Positions 10,441 through 20,351 of a stretch of DNA of 64,000 nucleotides are shown one piece after another (position 1 is the first letter of the stretch; each line of letters opens with the position of its first letter). The notes below the pieces were generated by a model. The model saw only the letters and a program-made list of their open reading frames with translations. It was not told where the DNA came from and did not search any database. The stretch comes from a virus: IMG/VR virus record IMGVR_UViG_3300021963_009201, positions 96,001 to 160,000 of that record, one strand, 5' to 3'. Both the position numbers and the translations under genes were made by a program.

Positions 10441-10737
10441 CTATTCAGCAGATTTTAGATCACGCTCTACGCGGCTTTGCGCGCGCCATCGCACCATATT
10501 ATAGAAATTCATAGTCCACCACATAAAAGACATGGCTATGAATCCAGGTTTTGAGTAAAAGTACGAATATGCGAACCAAGGGATAGAGTGTAGGAGCACT
10601 ATCAGCCAACCCCACCACTGCTTGCGACCAACAAAAAACGTACCTGTTATCCCCATGATTTCAAAACAAAACAGTACCCAGGTCCAGGTTACTTCCGCAT
10701 CCATTGAATTTAGACCTCTAATCATAAGTGATAGCAA
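10441..10737 (-). CDS. short PnuC-like membrane protein (likely start 10704)
   Basis: Three hydrophobic segments, G...GRKQWWGWL motif. Confidence 0.55.
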   Translation of the reverse strand: MLSLMIRGLNSMDAEVTWTWVLFCFEIMGITGTFFVGRKQWWGWLIVLLHSIPWFAYSYFYSKPGFIAMSFMWWTMNFYNMVRWRAQSRVERDLKSAE

Positions 10738-10834
10738 GATTATATATTACTATCATATATGCATATACTGCGCATTTCAAGTTCCGCTACCTGGAGCGAC
10801 CATGGTAAAAGCCCTAGTTTTTCTGGGGCCTTTA

Positions 10835-11125
10835 CTATTGTTCGTCTGGTTCGTAAAACTCATATTCCTCATCGGTATACGGGTTATACCCATAGTCTTC
10901 CCCCATGACGATCATTGAGCCTTGAAGATAGTCTATAACTTCTTGTCCGGCATTCGGATCCCGCAAAAGATGCTCTTCTGAAACTTGCTCGATAATCCAA
11001 CTTGAGCAGATAGAGCTGGGTGAAGCCGGGTCAGATGCTTCAAAGATCAGATCCGTTAACTTAAGGCCATCCCAGTCTTGCTTAGAATAAACTACTATTG
11101 TCGACTTATAGTATTCTTCCATCAC
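10835..11125 (-). CDS. acidic hypothetical protein
   Basis: ORF with GGAG RBS in the - strand gene array. Confidence 0.55.
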   Translation of the reverse strand: MMEEYYKSTIVVYSKQDWDGLKLTDLIFEASDPASPSSICSSWIIEQVSEEHLLRDPNAGQEVIDYLQGSMIVMGEDYGYNPYTDEEYEFYEPDEQ

Positions 11126-11131
11126 CTCTCC

Positions 11132-11902
11132 TTATAGCCAAGTCATATTATAGGCTGAAGGATTGCTAGTTGCAACCTTATTTTCTATAGAGACTTCTAT
11201 TTCGGTTTTCTGCTCTTCAAGCTCTATGTAGGACAGTTTAAGGTCACATAATTCATTGAGCCTTTGAGATAAATCGTCGGAAAGTTTTTTGGATCTTTTA
11301 CGAAGCTCTTTAACTTCTTCTATTAGTTCGTTCGGTATCCCAATTTGAAGCTCTTTTTGAAGGTGATCGATTTCGTCAAAGCACTCAAGAAGCCTCTTCT
11401 TTAATTGGGCGTTTTCTATTAAAACGTTAGAACCCTTAGGAGCGTCTACTTTAACAACCCCAACCGGCCTAACGGCCGTATAGCCACGTTCAAGGGAGGC
11501 ATTAAGGTAGCCCTCCTCAATAATGCCGGCAGAACTTAACGCTTTAAGTATTCTTGTGTACTGCGTCCAGGTAATTTCTTTTTCAATATACAGATGGTAA
11601 TGACCAAGTTGCGAAGACGGATAAACCGCTATTGGTATGTCAATATCTATAACTGGGGCATGTTTTCCGTTATCACACTTAGAAGAGATAAGATTAGAAA
11701 CTTCAGGCTCTGCCTCTACAGTGATTTGCTGGAATCCTTGAGAATTTGGAATAACTACATACTCTCCATTAACTATAGCAAAAGAATCCTGAAACTCTTG
11801 CTTAGTTAAGTCGACTTGAGAGGAGTGCAGAAATATGCGCTTTGGGGTGAGTTTTTTCTTAGCTGGTTTAGGTAATTTAAATTTTGGCATTGTGGGACTC
11901 AA
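11132..11902 (-). CDS. hypothetical protein with AEP/prim-pol-like motif and coiled-coil tail
   Basis: HAPVIDID...SSQLGHYHLY resembles the DxD...GxHxY pattern. Confidence 0.4.
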   Translation of the reverse strand: MSPTMPKFKLPKPAKKKLTPKRIFLHSSQVDLTKQEFQDSFAIVNGEYVVIPNSQGFQQITVEAEPEVSNLISSKCDNGKHAPVIDIDIPIAVYPSSQLGHYHLYIEKEITWTQYTRILKALSSAGIIEEGYLNASLERGYTAVRPVGVVKVDAPKGSNVLIENAQLKKRLLECFDEIDHLQKELQIGIPNELIEEVKELRKRSKKLSDDLSQRLNELCDLKLSYIELEEQKTEIEVSIENKVATSNPSAYNMTWL

Positions 11903-12317
11903 TTTGGGAATAGTAAAGCATCATCAAGACTTTGATATATATAATCGTGATAATCCGGATTAACAAGGTGAACGTATAATCCGCCAAGTATAAAAGCGCT
12001 ATACGAGTTATCATTAGTATCATGTGCTTTCATGGCGTAACCTACACCATCAAAAGTCTTTAATTGTTGTTTTTCAGATATTTTTAAAAATTTAATATCA
12101 AAAACAATATCATGTAGACATAAATCATCTACAACTTTTTCTGTAATTGCGTTGCAATCTTGTAGTTCTAAAAGGAATGATCGCGACGGTATCAAAGAGC
12201 TTGCGTCTTGATCTAGACTATCTCTAAAAAAGTGCATATTTCTCCAAGTAAAAGAGTCGGCGCCCCCAACACTAGGCGCCGACTCGCCCTTTGCCCTACC
12301 ACACAAGCGCAAAGGTT

Positions 12318-12360
12318 AGTGGCCTTTCGGGAATCGAACCCGAACTAGTCCGTAAGGCCT
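12318..12360 (-). ncRNA. tRNA-like minihelix (acceptor stem plus T arm only)
   Basis: GGCCTT-ACGGACTAGT-TCGGG-TTCGATT-CCCGA-AAGGCC-A; no D or anticodon arm. Confidence 0.4.
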
Positions 12361-13122
12361 ATTTCCAGTCCATAATGGGAATAGATTTTTCTATCTTATT
12401 CCAAAGTTTTTTAGAGACAATATACCTCTCGTCATTATGGGGTACTGGCGTATCGCTTTCGCAAGCATGTCTCATTTTATGAAAAAATTCTACTATAGCG
12501 GCATTTAAGTAACATGCTTCCATGTAGGTTAGGTTGAATACGAATTTATTCTCACCCTCAAATTTTTCCACGTTTAGTCCTGATCGTTTTGGGGTGGATT
12601 TATTTTGTATTCGTAATCAAGAGCTGCGTCTTTGTTAATGAAAAGCATTTCCTTGTACTGCCAGGCAAACCCCCTCTTGGGGAGTATGCTTCCGGTTTCA
12701 GTACAGTACTGGGGTGTTTCACCCATATTTATTATCTTTATGGCAGTGCCTATATCTGTTTTTCTGGTTGTTGTAGTTTTACCGCTTCTACCTTTGCCCA
12801 TTTTTTACCTTTCTTTGAGTACCCCTGGAAGGATTTGCACCTTCTTCTCTAACAAGGTTAGTGTTTTACTTACGTAAACTAAAGGGGTCCGATGCGGTTA
12901 GAGCCCACATCTATTTATTAAATTATATTTAGTTTTCAACCATTAAGGTTGTCTGTCATATGTCCGGACATATGGCTTTAATTTCTCTAACTTGTTTTTC
13001 GGACATATTAAAGAGCTTAGATAAATCTTTTGTTGATTTGTTCTTGAGAAGATTCATGACTATTGATTCGAGCAGCTTCACTCGACGAAGTAAATCCTGC
13101 TCTTTAATTTCGTCATAGTGGT

Positions 13123-13554
13123 TCATGCTTCCCTCTTTGCCATTTTTCTTTCAAAATCTTTACGTTTTTTAGCGTAACTGTTGGGATTCATGCTTTTATA
13201 AGCCCCCCAGCATCCATCGCAGTCTTGTTGGGGCGCTCTAACAGCGCCATAATAGGGGTGTTTTTTACAAAGGTTCAGTTTAATTTTAACTGGGTTTTTT
13301 GGGTTCTTTGAGGTCCTTTTTCTAACTGCAGACTCTTTACTGTCTCCAGCAATAGCTTCCTGAGGGACCCCAATGGAAGATGCTACGACCGTGTCCGCGG
13401 CGCTATGCAGGGCATCATGTATCCGGGTTATCGTTTCAACTTGATCTAAATCAAAAGTTGCAATATTATTCTTTATTTTATTGACAGCACGGTCAAACAT
13501 CTTAGTGAGAAATTCGATGTCTTCTTTACGTTCTAACCTAAAATATTTAGCCAT
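13123..13554 (-). CDS. hypothetical protein with small Cys/His domain
   Basis: CKKHPYY..P..CDGCW..Y. Confidence 0.55.
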   Translation of the reverse strand: MAKYFRLERKEDIEFLTKMFDRAVNKIKNNIATFDLDQVETITRIHDALHSAADTVVASSIGVPQEAIAGDSKESAVRKRTSKNPKNPVKIKLNLCKKHPYYGAVRAPQQDCDGCWGAYKSMNPNSYAKKRKDFERKMAKREA

Positions 13555-13749
13555 TACTGTTCACCCTATAGGTATATCGATCTCCAAACACTTTTTCAGC
13601 AATGTCTCTTACCTGCTTTGTTGAGCAGGAAGATGTGCTGGCATAGTTTCGGCTATAGCTCTTACCAAGACGTTTATCGTCTTTATATTCTATATAGTTA
13701 AAAGAACTACTTCGTCTTTTTTTATTTCTTCTTCCCATTTTTCACCTTG

Positions 13750-13824
13750 CGCCCCCTGAGGGACTCGAACCCCCGACCTAGCGGGTAGAAACCGCTTGCT
13801 CTAATCCGGCTGAGCTAAAGGGGC
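13750..13824 (-). tRNA. tRNA-Arg(UCU)
   Basis: GCCCCTT acceptor; AGCGG-TTTCTAC-CCGCT anticodon arm; GGTTCGAGTCC. Confidence 0.93.
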
Positions 13825-14243
13825 ATGTTTAGTATTAGTTTATTAAAATCTTCTGGTTTAATAATATCAAAAAATTTAACTGTTTCTTTATCAATCCACA
13901 AATGAATAGTTAATTTACTATCCTTAAACTGATCGAGGCATACACCACCATTATAGTACGCAAGTACCGTACTATTGATATTATTAAATGGTTGAAAATA
14001 CCTTACAATGTGCAGTGGCGAAGAAGAATACATATTAGTCGAAAAAACTTTTAGAAACGCAAAGTTATTTATATATATTTCGGTTAATTGTTTGACATAT
14101 TCATTTTCTATAGGGCCGCTGTAGTGGTAAAACCTATTTTCGGAATCAACGACATAATACAAACCAAGCAAGAACGAGCTTTCTTCGTCGTCCATAGTGC
14201 TTTCGGAGGTTATTATGTCGCTGATTCTTACTTGGTTTTTCAT
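13815..14243 (-). CDS. hypothetical protein
   Basis: ORF in the - strand array; 3' end overlaps the tRNA 5' end by 10 nt. Confidence 0.55.
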   Translation of the reverse strand: MKNQVRISDIITSESTMDDEESSFLLGLYYVVDSENRFYHYSGPIENEYVKQLTEIYINNFAFLKVFSTNMYSSSPLHIVRYFQPFNNINSTVLAYYNGGVCLDQFKDSKLTIHLWIDKETVKFFDIIKPEDFNKLILNMPL

Positions 14244-14581
14244 GACGCGGAAAAATTACTCTTTGCTCTTAAAGTCTTGACAAAACGAATTCGTTCCTCA
14301 ACGGAGGCCTTAAAGCGTAAAGCGGTAATCCTCCATTTATCTTCTTCGGCTTTAAAACTGTACCACATATTATTATTCCATTGTGGCCCAAGTTCTGCTT
14401 TTTTCTCGGAAAATCTACCTTTTTGTGCGGCAAGCTGTATTTCTACGTCTCTTAACAGAACGTTTAATTCATCCAACCACATTCGGTAATCCTTCGAAAG
14501 TATGTCAATAAATTCGTCGGTTTCTTTCCTTACATCTTTTGCAACTAAGTTTTTAAATTTTTCTGTTGACATTTCGACCAT
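14240..14581 (-). CDS. coiled-coil hypothetical protein
   Basis: Coupled overlaps with both neighbours. Confidence 0.6.
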   Translation of the reverse strand: MVEMSTEKFKNLVAKDVRKETDEFIDILSKDYRMWLDELNVLLRDVEIQLAAQKGRFSEKKAELGPQWNNNMWYSFKAEEDKWRITALRFKASVEERIRFVKTLRAKSNFSAS

Positions 14582-15342
14582 TATTTTTCACCATATACAA
14601 AGTTGTAGGCTTTTTCTATATCCTGTTCAAATAAGTCCGTCAAATGTCCGCCGCCTCTCAAAACGTAGGCGGGAGAATACGTGGGCAAAATCGGCCATGG
14701 GCCTAACCACAATATCCTTCCTCGTTCTTCGTTAATTGACATTTTGGCGGGCAAAACTGCACAAGTAGCAATTAAACCCATAGTGACTATTAACTTAGGT
14801 TTTAAAACCTGGATTTCAGAATGAAGAAATGGTATACATGATTCTATTTCTTCAATTGTATGTTTACTTTTAGACTTTTTGGAACATCTGTTCACGAAAG
14901 TCATACATATTCTACTAGAAGTAAAACCGGCTTTTGAAGCACTATTTGAAAAATACTCCATACTTAATTTATCGAAGTACGGAGTATCAGATACAAACAT
15001 GATGTCAGGGTCTGAGACATTCCAGAATGGGATTGTGGCATCTGGATTGGCATCTTTGCACTTTCTGCAGTTCTTGGTTATTACGTGAAGATCTTCAAGA
15101 GTTTTATCTACTTGCAAATCTTCAAAGCTGTAGTCCCGCAGTTCGTTTAGAACCATCTGGACATCTGCTTTGTTCAAGTATTTACTAAGAACTAAATCTA
15201 TCTTTTCAAAAAGATTAGAATCCCCGATACCAATGGGGATCCTAGTCTTTGGGCGAAAAGTGCTGGAAACATTTTTCGATAGTGCTTGAGCTACTAATTC
15301 GATTACTTCTAGTTCATCGAATTCTTCGCTTGTATCATCCAT
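14581..15342 (-). CDS. uracil-DNA glycosylase family 4-like protein (Fe-S), divergent motif A
   Basis: CRKC, FVNRC, CIPFLHSEIQVLKPKLIVTMG, TYSPAY.LR; SDTPY where GEAPG is expected. Confidence 0.8.
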   Translation of the reverse strand: MDDTSEEFDELEVIELVAQALSKNVSSTFRPKTRIPIGIGDSNLFEKIDLVLSKYLNKADVQMVLNELRDYSFEDLQVDKTLEDLHVITKNCRKCKDANPDATIPFWNVSDPDIMFVSDTPYFDKLSMEYFSNSASKAGFTSSRICMTFVNRCSKKSKSKHTIEEIESCIPFLHSEIQVLKPKLIVTMGLIATCAVLPAKMSINEERGRILWLGPWPILPTYSPAYVLRGGGHLTDLFEQDIEKAYNFVYGEK

Positions 15343-15761
15343 TAGAACGAGCTAGGAGCTGCGCTTTCGGTAGAGGTTGTTGCAGCCTGTGTGCCACTGG
15401 TAGTTCCTTCTGAGCGACCACGTGAGGCATAGGTGATGTTTTCTGCTACAATCACAACTTTAGATGACTTCTTATCATCTGTAGACCAACGCTCTTGTAC
15501 TAGTCTACCGATTAAGCGAATTTGACTTCCTTTAGAAAGTTTTCCGCTGCTAATCTGATTTCTTACAAATTCGCAGTTTCGTTTATTTTCTTCACTATTA
15601 AGGTAGTATGTGACATCAAAATAGCCAGTACTGTTATCGGAACCTTTTTCTGAACCTGCGTAGTCAACCGCAACACGAAACTTTGCGATGTTGTCTGTTA
15701 CCATCTCGGGGTCGGCTACGACTCCGCATGTAAGGTTAAGGTTGTTGTTTGGGTCTATCAT
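15342..15761 (-). CDS. ssb: single-stranded DNA-binding protein
   Basis: G.VADPE..FRVAV..YFDV..KGSQI..GRL.QERW; C-terminal F. Confidence 0.9.
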   Translation of the reverse strand: MIDPNNNLNLTCGVVADPEMVTDNIAKFRVAVDYAGSEKGSDNSTGYFDVTYYLNSEENKRNCEFVRNQISSGKLSKGSQIRLIGRLVQERWSTDDKKSSKVVIVAENITYASRGRSEGTTSGTQAATTSTESAAPSSF

Positions 15762-15967
15762 TTAATTGCTTTCTAGTGGATTAGCTTTTACTGATCTGAG
15801 TCCGCTGGCTATTTCTTCTAGCCATTCGGCTGTTTCTATTTTTGCTTCATTTAAACCGACAAAAGTAGAAAGATGCTGGCACAAAGATATCGTCAAATGA
15901 AAAATTCCATTTTTTATTTCTTCTTTATAGTCACCAACATCTGTAGTGCTGCTTTGCTGCTCTTCCA

Positions 15968-16300
15968 TTAAGCTCCTACTTTCCTCGAAAGAGCTGTGTC
16001 TATAATTCTTCCCAGCTCCCTTTTATCCTTATAACCCTTGTCATAAAGCATAGATATAATGGGTTTAGGGTCTAGAGATTTGTATGTTAATAACTGTAAG
16101 TTTAGGATATCGTTAAGGGAATAAATCCTATAGTTATTTAAATCTCTTTTAGATTCCGGATATTTTCCGGATTTTTCTCTATTAGCTATAGTTAAGGGTG
16201 TTACGTTCAATATTCTTGCTACTTCTCCACGAGTGAAGATTGGATTAGCTATAGCGCCAGATGCAATACTCATACAAAAACCTACTTTACTATATAACAA
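15968..16300 (-). CDS. MerR-type HTH DNA-binding protein
   Basis: FTRGEVARILNVTPLTIANREKSG..P..RDLNNYRIYS. Confidence 0.85.
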   Translation of the reverse strand: MLYSKVGFCMSIASGAIANPIFTRGEVARILNVTPLTIANREKSGKYPESKRDLNNYRIYSLNDILNLQLLTYKSLDPKPIISMLYDKGYKDKRELGRIIDTALSRKVGA

Positions 16301-16342
16301 TATACACTTTTTATATAGTAAAGGTTATATACAAATATGTAA

Positions 16343-17176
16343 TCATACCGTAGAGAAACTATTGATAATTTTTACCATCATCTCTCGGGAGTTCATGCCG
16401 TAGGCATTACCTGCCTCAACGCAAAAATGGTCGAGAGTGTTACGGAATGTCGGATCTACTTCTTCGTTAAATCCTTCTCCATTCATTTGCGCTTTAGGGC
16501 TTTCCCATTTTGTTTCCAATATCTTTAAAAGAGAGAGTTTTTCCCACTCCTTAAAGTAGTACCGAACAGCGTCGGGATGGTTTGATTTAGATGCGCCAGC
16601 TGGGATCCCCCGTTGCATACAGTGGATTACCGTATCTTGGAGGTCTAGGTTCCAGCCTGAATTCCAAACCATATTATAAGCCTGCTGGACGCCTTCTGCT
16701 AGACTCCCGCAGGGCTCATAAATTTCGTGTACAGGATTGCAAAGGTTTGAGTTAAAGTATAGGTTTAAAAGTGGCAGCATAAAAACGCGGTCATCCCAAC
16801 CATACAATGGCTCATTCCTGCAATAAACACGAATTAAAACTGGATTATAGTGCTCATCAAACATCACGTAGTAAGTTGTCCAGGGTATAGGGAGATTAAA
16901 CCCCTCTACAGCGGTCCTACTATCTATAAAGTCTTTACGGGCAAACGCTAACTCTACATATTGTACAGAGGGTGGTCTTTCAAAGACTATGATACGTTGA
17001 TTATCGGAAATCCATCTTACAGCAGGAGGAAGAAAACCAAGATCTTGCCTACCGTGGCTGGTGAGACTACGGAATATATCCCCCGCAGATTTTTCTGGAA
17101 GAGGGATTGTACCGGCACTGTGGTATACACCACTTACTGTATCGGTTGATGAGTTAATTTTAAGTTCAATTTTCAT
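16343..17176 (-). CDS. prokaryotic E2-like protein (family D / PRTRC protein B-like)
   Basis: LPPAVRWIS..FERPP..LPIPW..RVYCRNEPL..FMLPLLNLYFNSNLC; putative catalytic Cys present. Confidence 0.7.
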   Translation of the reverse strand: MKIELKINSSTDTVSGVYHSAGTIPLPEKSAGDIFRSLTSHGRQDLGFLPPAVRWISDNQRIIVFERPPSVQYVELAFARKDFIDSRTAVEGFNLPIPWTTYYVMFDEHYNPVLIRVYCRNEPLYGWDDRVFMLPLLNLYFNSNLCNPVHEIYEPCGSLAEGVQQAYNMVWNSGWNLDLQDTVIHCMQRGIPAGASKSNHPDAVRYYFKEWEKLSLLKILETKWESPKAQMNGEGFNEEVDPTFRNTLDHFCVEAGNAYGMNSREMMVKIINSFSTV

Positions 17177-18072
17177 TTTAATAAATCCCAGAAAAACTTA
17201 GAGAGCTCTACATGTCCGGCATCTTTAGTTCTGTCCAATAGTGCCGTATTTTTATCAAAGTAGTTTACAAGATCGCCAAATGTGCAGTCTCCAAATTGAT
17301 GAACGTCAAGTGCTCGATAAGAAAGCCCTAGAACTTCTTCCATGGATAGTTTAGCCCAAGAAGCAAAGAATTCATTTGAGTAAATGTGGCAACCCATTTC
17401 CTTTGGGAAGTATTCGGTAATCATGGTTGTAAGATCGTTATTAAAGGTATCAGTCCAAAACCCATTTATCGCATCAAGGACAAACGCAGAAAAATTATTA
17501 TATTTCTCTGGATCATTAATTGGATGGAAACTGCCCCAGCAGATCGAGGCGTCAGGGTAAATGTTGGTTACTGGCAATGCATAAAGCTGGTCCGAAAAAC
17601 TGTTTAGCGGACTAGGCCTGCAGAAAACCTTTACACTAGGTAAATGATCTTTTTCAAATCCACTGAAAAACCAGACAGTCCATGGAATATTTATATTAAA
17701 AGAGAAAGTTTCGGGGTAAGGTCTTTCGCATTCGCAACCATAGTCTGGATCACAGCTATCCCAATGTTCAAAATCTTCATCTTCTAATTCACCTTGAACA
17801 TCTTGATACTTAATAGTGCAGTTGAGTGGCGGACGCTCAACCGCTATGGTGGACATATCTCGGGAAATCCACCTAGTAACCGGCGGTAAGATGTCTGTAG
17901 AATTTTTGGTGTTTTTAAAAAAGTTCTTTGATACGTTAACCATATTGGAATTTGATTGTTCCATAATCCCGTATCTAAAGTCTACACCAAATTCTGATAT
18001 AGTTATTTCTTGTTCTATTTGTGAATTGGGTGTTTCAAGGTTTGATTCACCTGTATCAAGCGCTTGCGACAT
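17173..18072 (-). CDS. prokaryotic E2-like protein (family D / PRTRC protein B-like)
   Basis: LPPVTRWIS..VERPP..NIPW..LYALPVTNIYPDASICWG..FWTDTFNNDL. Confidence 0.8.
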   Translation of the reverse strand: MSQALDTGESNLETPNSQIEQEITISEFGVDFRYGIMEQSNSNMVNVSKNFFKNTKNSTDILPPVTRWISRDMSTIAVERPPLNCTIKYQDVQGELEDEDFEHWDSCDPDYGCECERPYPETFSFNINIPWTVWFFSGFEKDHLPSVKVFCRPSPLNSFSDQLYALPVTNIYPDASICWGSFHPINDPEKYNNFSAFVLDAINGFWTDTFNNDLTTMITEYFPKEMGCHIYSNEFFASWAKLSMEEVLGLSYRALDVHQFGDCTFGDLVNYFDKNTALLDRTKDAGHVELSKFFWDLLK

Positions 18073-19177
18073 GTTGGGTGTACACCTTACCTTCCGGTAT
18101 CTCGGTAGTCATAGGATTTGAAAAGACTTCTTTTATTCCTTTTGATTGTATTGAATCTAGGAAAATATCAAACGTCTTTTCTTTAGTTTCGTTATCGTAA
18201 AGTGATTCAACGAGTACTGTATTCGTACTTAAATCTATAAGTCGATAAACCATGTGACCAAAACCGATACGCATCGATTGAATTTCTAGGTCTTGAATGG
18301 GCAAATCGGAAGCTTCATCTGCGCATTCTACACTTGATACACTTAGCTGCATTGGTGTCCAAGTTTCTGGACTATAGTGCGAGCAGTTTTTTTGGTTTTC
18401 CCATGAACAAGGTGGGTTAAGGGAGTTTTTCTCTTTCTTTACAGACGGGCAAGCGCAACTATGCTGAAGTTTTGACTCTCGATCGAAAGTGTAATGGCTA
18501 CTTTGCGTAGTAACGAGCTCTACACTCACAGGCTTTGAGGCAGTAAAGTATTCACATGTTGGTTTTAAATTTCCGTCAACTTCAATAGCGGCACAGATAT
18601 CATTGACATCGAAGACGTCTTTCCCGGTCAGTGTGAAGCAATCAACTATGTAGGAATAGTTTATATGCTTTGCTTTTTGTCCTTTGGGCAAATATATTTC
18701 TAAAACAAGTTTTTCATTATCGTCAACATTGACTACAGCAGCACCAGATAGACTATGGTCTTCTGGTACGATAATGTCGCGTATTTCGCTAAAACAATCG
18801 TGTGCTGGCAGTACGAAAGCGTTATTGCCTTCTACATCATTTACATTGATAAATAGTCCACTACCATCTGTAAAATACTTTTCTCCGTCTGGCCCTGTAA
18901 CGATTTGGGTGCTACTAGAAAAGCCTGGTAGTGTTTGCTGTTCGTTTGTTGACTCGACATTAAAATCTTTTACAAAATCGCCACTTATAGTCGACTTTAT
19001 TAGTTGGCTCAATGTAAGGTCAAAGGAGTCTACTAGGCCCCCTGGAAGCTTCTGGGCTGCACTTACGTGCCAAGGCTGCTCGGAGTCATCTACGAGCTCC
19101 TCTGGCCCTACAGGGCCGTTTACGGGCTCGTCTGGTGTATTGCTGGTGTTTGTAAAGGTAGAAATAATGTCATCCAT
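18056..19177 (-). CDS. hypothetical protein with Cys/His cluster
   Basis: CEYF..HSCACP..PPCSW..CSHY; overlaps the E2-like gene. Confidence 0.6.
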   Translation of the reverse strand: MDDIISTFTNTSNTPDEPVNGPVGPEELVDDSEQPWHVSAAQKLPGGLVDSFDLTLSQLIKSTISGDFVKDFNVESTNEQQTLPGFSSSTQIVTGPDGEKYFTDGSGLFINVNDVEGNNAFVLPAHDCFSEIRDIIVPEDHSLSGAAVVNVDDNEKLVLEIYLPKGQKAKHINYSYIVDCFTLTGKDVFDVNDICAAIEVDGNLKPTCEYFTASKPVSVELVTTQSSHYTFDRESKLQHSCACPSVKKEKNSLNPPCSWENQKNCSHYSPETWTPMQLSVSSVECADEASDLPIQDLEIQSMRIGFGHMVYRLIDLSTNTVLVESLYDNETKEKTFDIFLDSIQSKGIKEVFSNPMTTEIPEGKVYTQHVASA

Positions 19178-19178
19178 T

Positions 19179-19766
19179 TTAAGTCCAACTTAAAGAGAGT
19201 TTATCGTGGATAATAGCGTTTTGTGTTTCTAGGGTATTGCTAAGGTTGGTGAAATTTTCTTGAAGCTCTACATTGGCCTTCTTTTCTCGAATAAGGTCAG
19301 ACTGTAGAGTGGCGACAAGTTTATTCAGCCTGATTTTTTCATCATCATATCCAATGAATTCGGCGCCAAAAATTTTTGAAACACTGGTGAGACAGTAGCC
19401 GGATAGGGTTTGTTGGCTGCTGATTAGTGATTCTTGGATTTCGATTTCACTTAGGTTGGTGAGTCGATGTATCTTTATCCAATCAATAATTAGGCTTAGT
19501 TCTTGTACTGTGGTTGTTTTGATGGTATGTGCGGGGAGTATGTTGATGATTGAGCTGATGTTCATTACTTTTTCTGGAAACATTCCATAAATGTAATGTG
19601 TTTGATGTCTTTCGGTTATTTTTTCTGCTATTTTGATGTTTATTGTTCGTTGGTCTGAGTAGTATTTAAATCCCAGGAATTCAAAATAGTCTTCGTAAGA
19701 CATTGAGTGGTTTCTTAGATTTTCAATAATGACATTAGCTATTAAGAGTTGCTGCTTTTGAGACAT
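19179..19766 (-). CDS. hypothetical protein with C-terminal coiled coil
   Basis: Tightly packed ORF. Confidence 0.6.
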   Translation of the reverse strand: MSQKQQLLIANVIIENLRNHSMSYEDYFEFLGFKYYSDQRTINIKIAEKITERHQTHYIYGMFPEKVMNISSIINILPAHTIKTTTVQELSLIIDWIKIHRLTNLSEIEIQESLISSQQTLSGYCLTSVSKIFGAEFIGYDDEKIRLNKLVATLQSDLIREKKANVELQENFTNLSNTLETQNAIIHDKLSLSWT

Positions 19767-19964
19767 TATTTGCCCTTAAAGTTAATTTTGATATCATGAA
19801 TATTCACGATATCGTCTAGTAGTAGTTTGTAGACGTCGCCTTGGCAGACGGCAAGGGATGTCATTTCTGGGTGTATCTTTTTGGCTATTGTGTAGGCTTT
19901 GGATAGCAGTTCGATGCTTGTGTAGATTTGGTGTTCGCTATCGTCTACTACTAATAGTCCTGTG

Positions 19965-20351
19965 TTATTCTCCGCTAGGTGCAGCTGAGTTTTCTCCAGC
20001 CATGTTTTCCATGGGTTGTTCAGGCTCAGTATTTCCGTCTTCCACGACATCGGTTGCGTACTCCAGTGTTTCTATCATAAGTTTACGCAATTCTTTTACT
20101 TTTCCTGTAAAAATCTTTTGCTTTTCTTCTGTCTCGGTTTCGAGCAGTGACATGAATGCTTCAATGAATACGGCTTGTTCTGCTAGTCCGACTGTTAGTG
20201 TTGCTAGTTGTTGTTCTAGTGTTTCTAGTTTAGCCGTAGAGTTCTGTAGTTCTTCATTGATATATCTTTGGGTGGACTGTAGTGCACCGTCTACTTTTGA
20301 GTAGAAAAAATCTAGGTCCGCTTGAGTTGCGTCTGGCGATTGTTCTTTCAT
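19965..20351 (-). CDS. coiled-coil hypothetical protein
   Basis: 4-nt overlap with the upstream gene. Confidence 0.55.
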   Translation of the reverse strand: MKEQSPDATQADLDFFYSKVDGALQSTQRYINEELQNSTAKLETLEQQLATLTVGLAEQAVFIEAFMSLLETETEEKQKIFTGKVKELRKLMIETLEYATDVVEDGNTEPEQPMENMAGENSAAPSGE

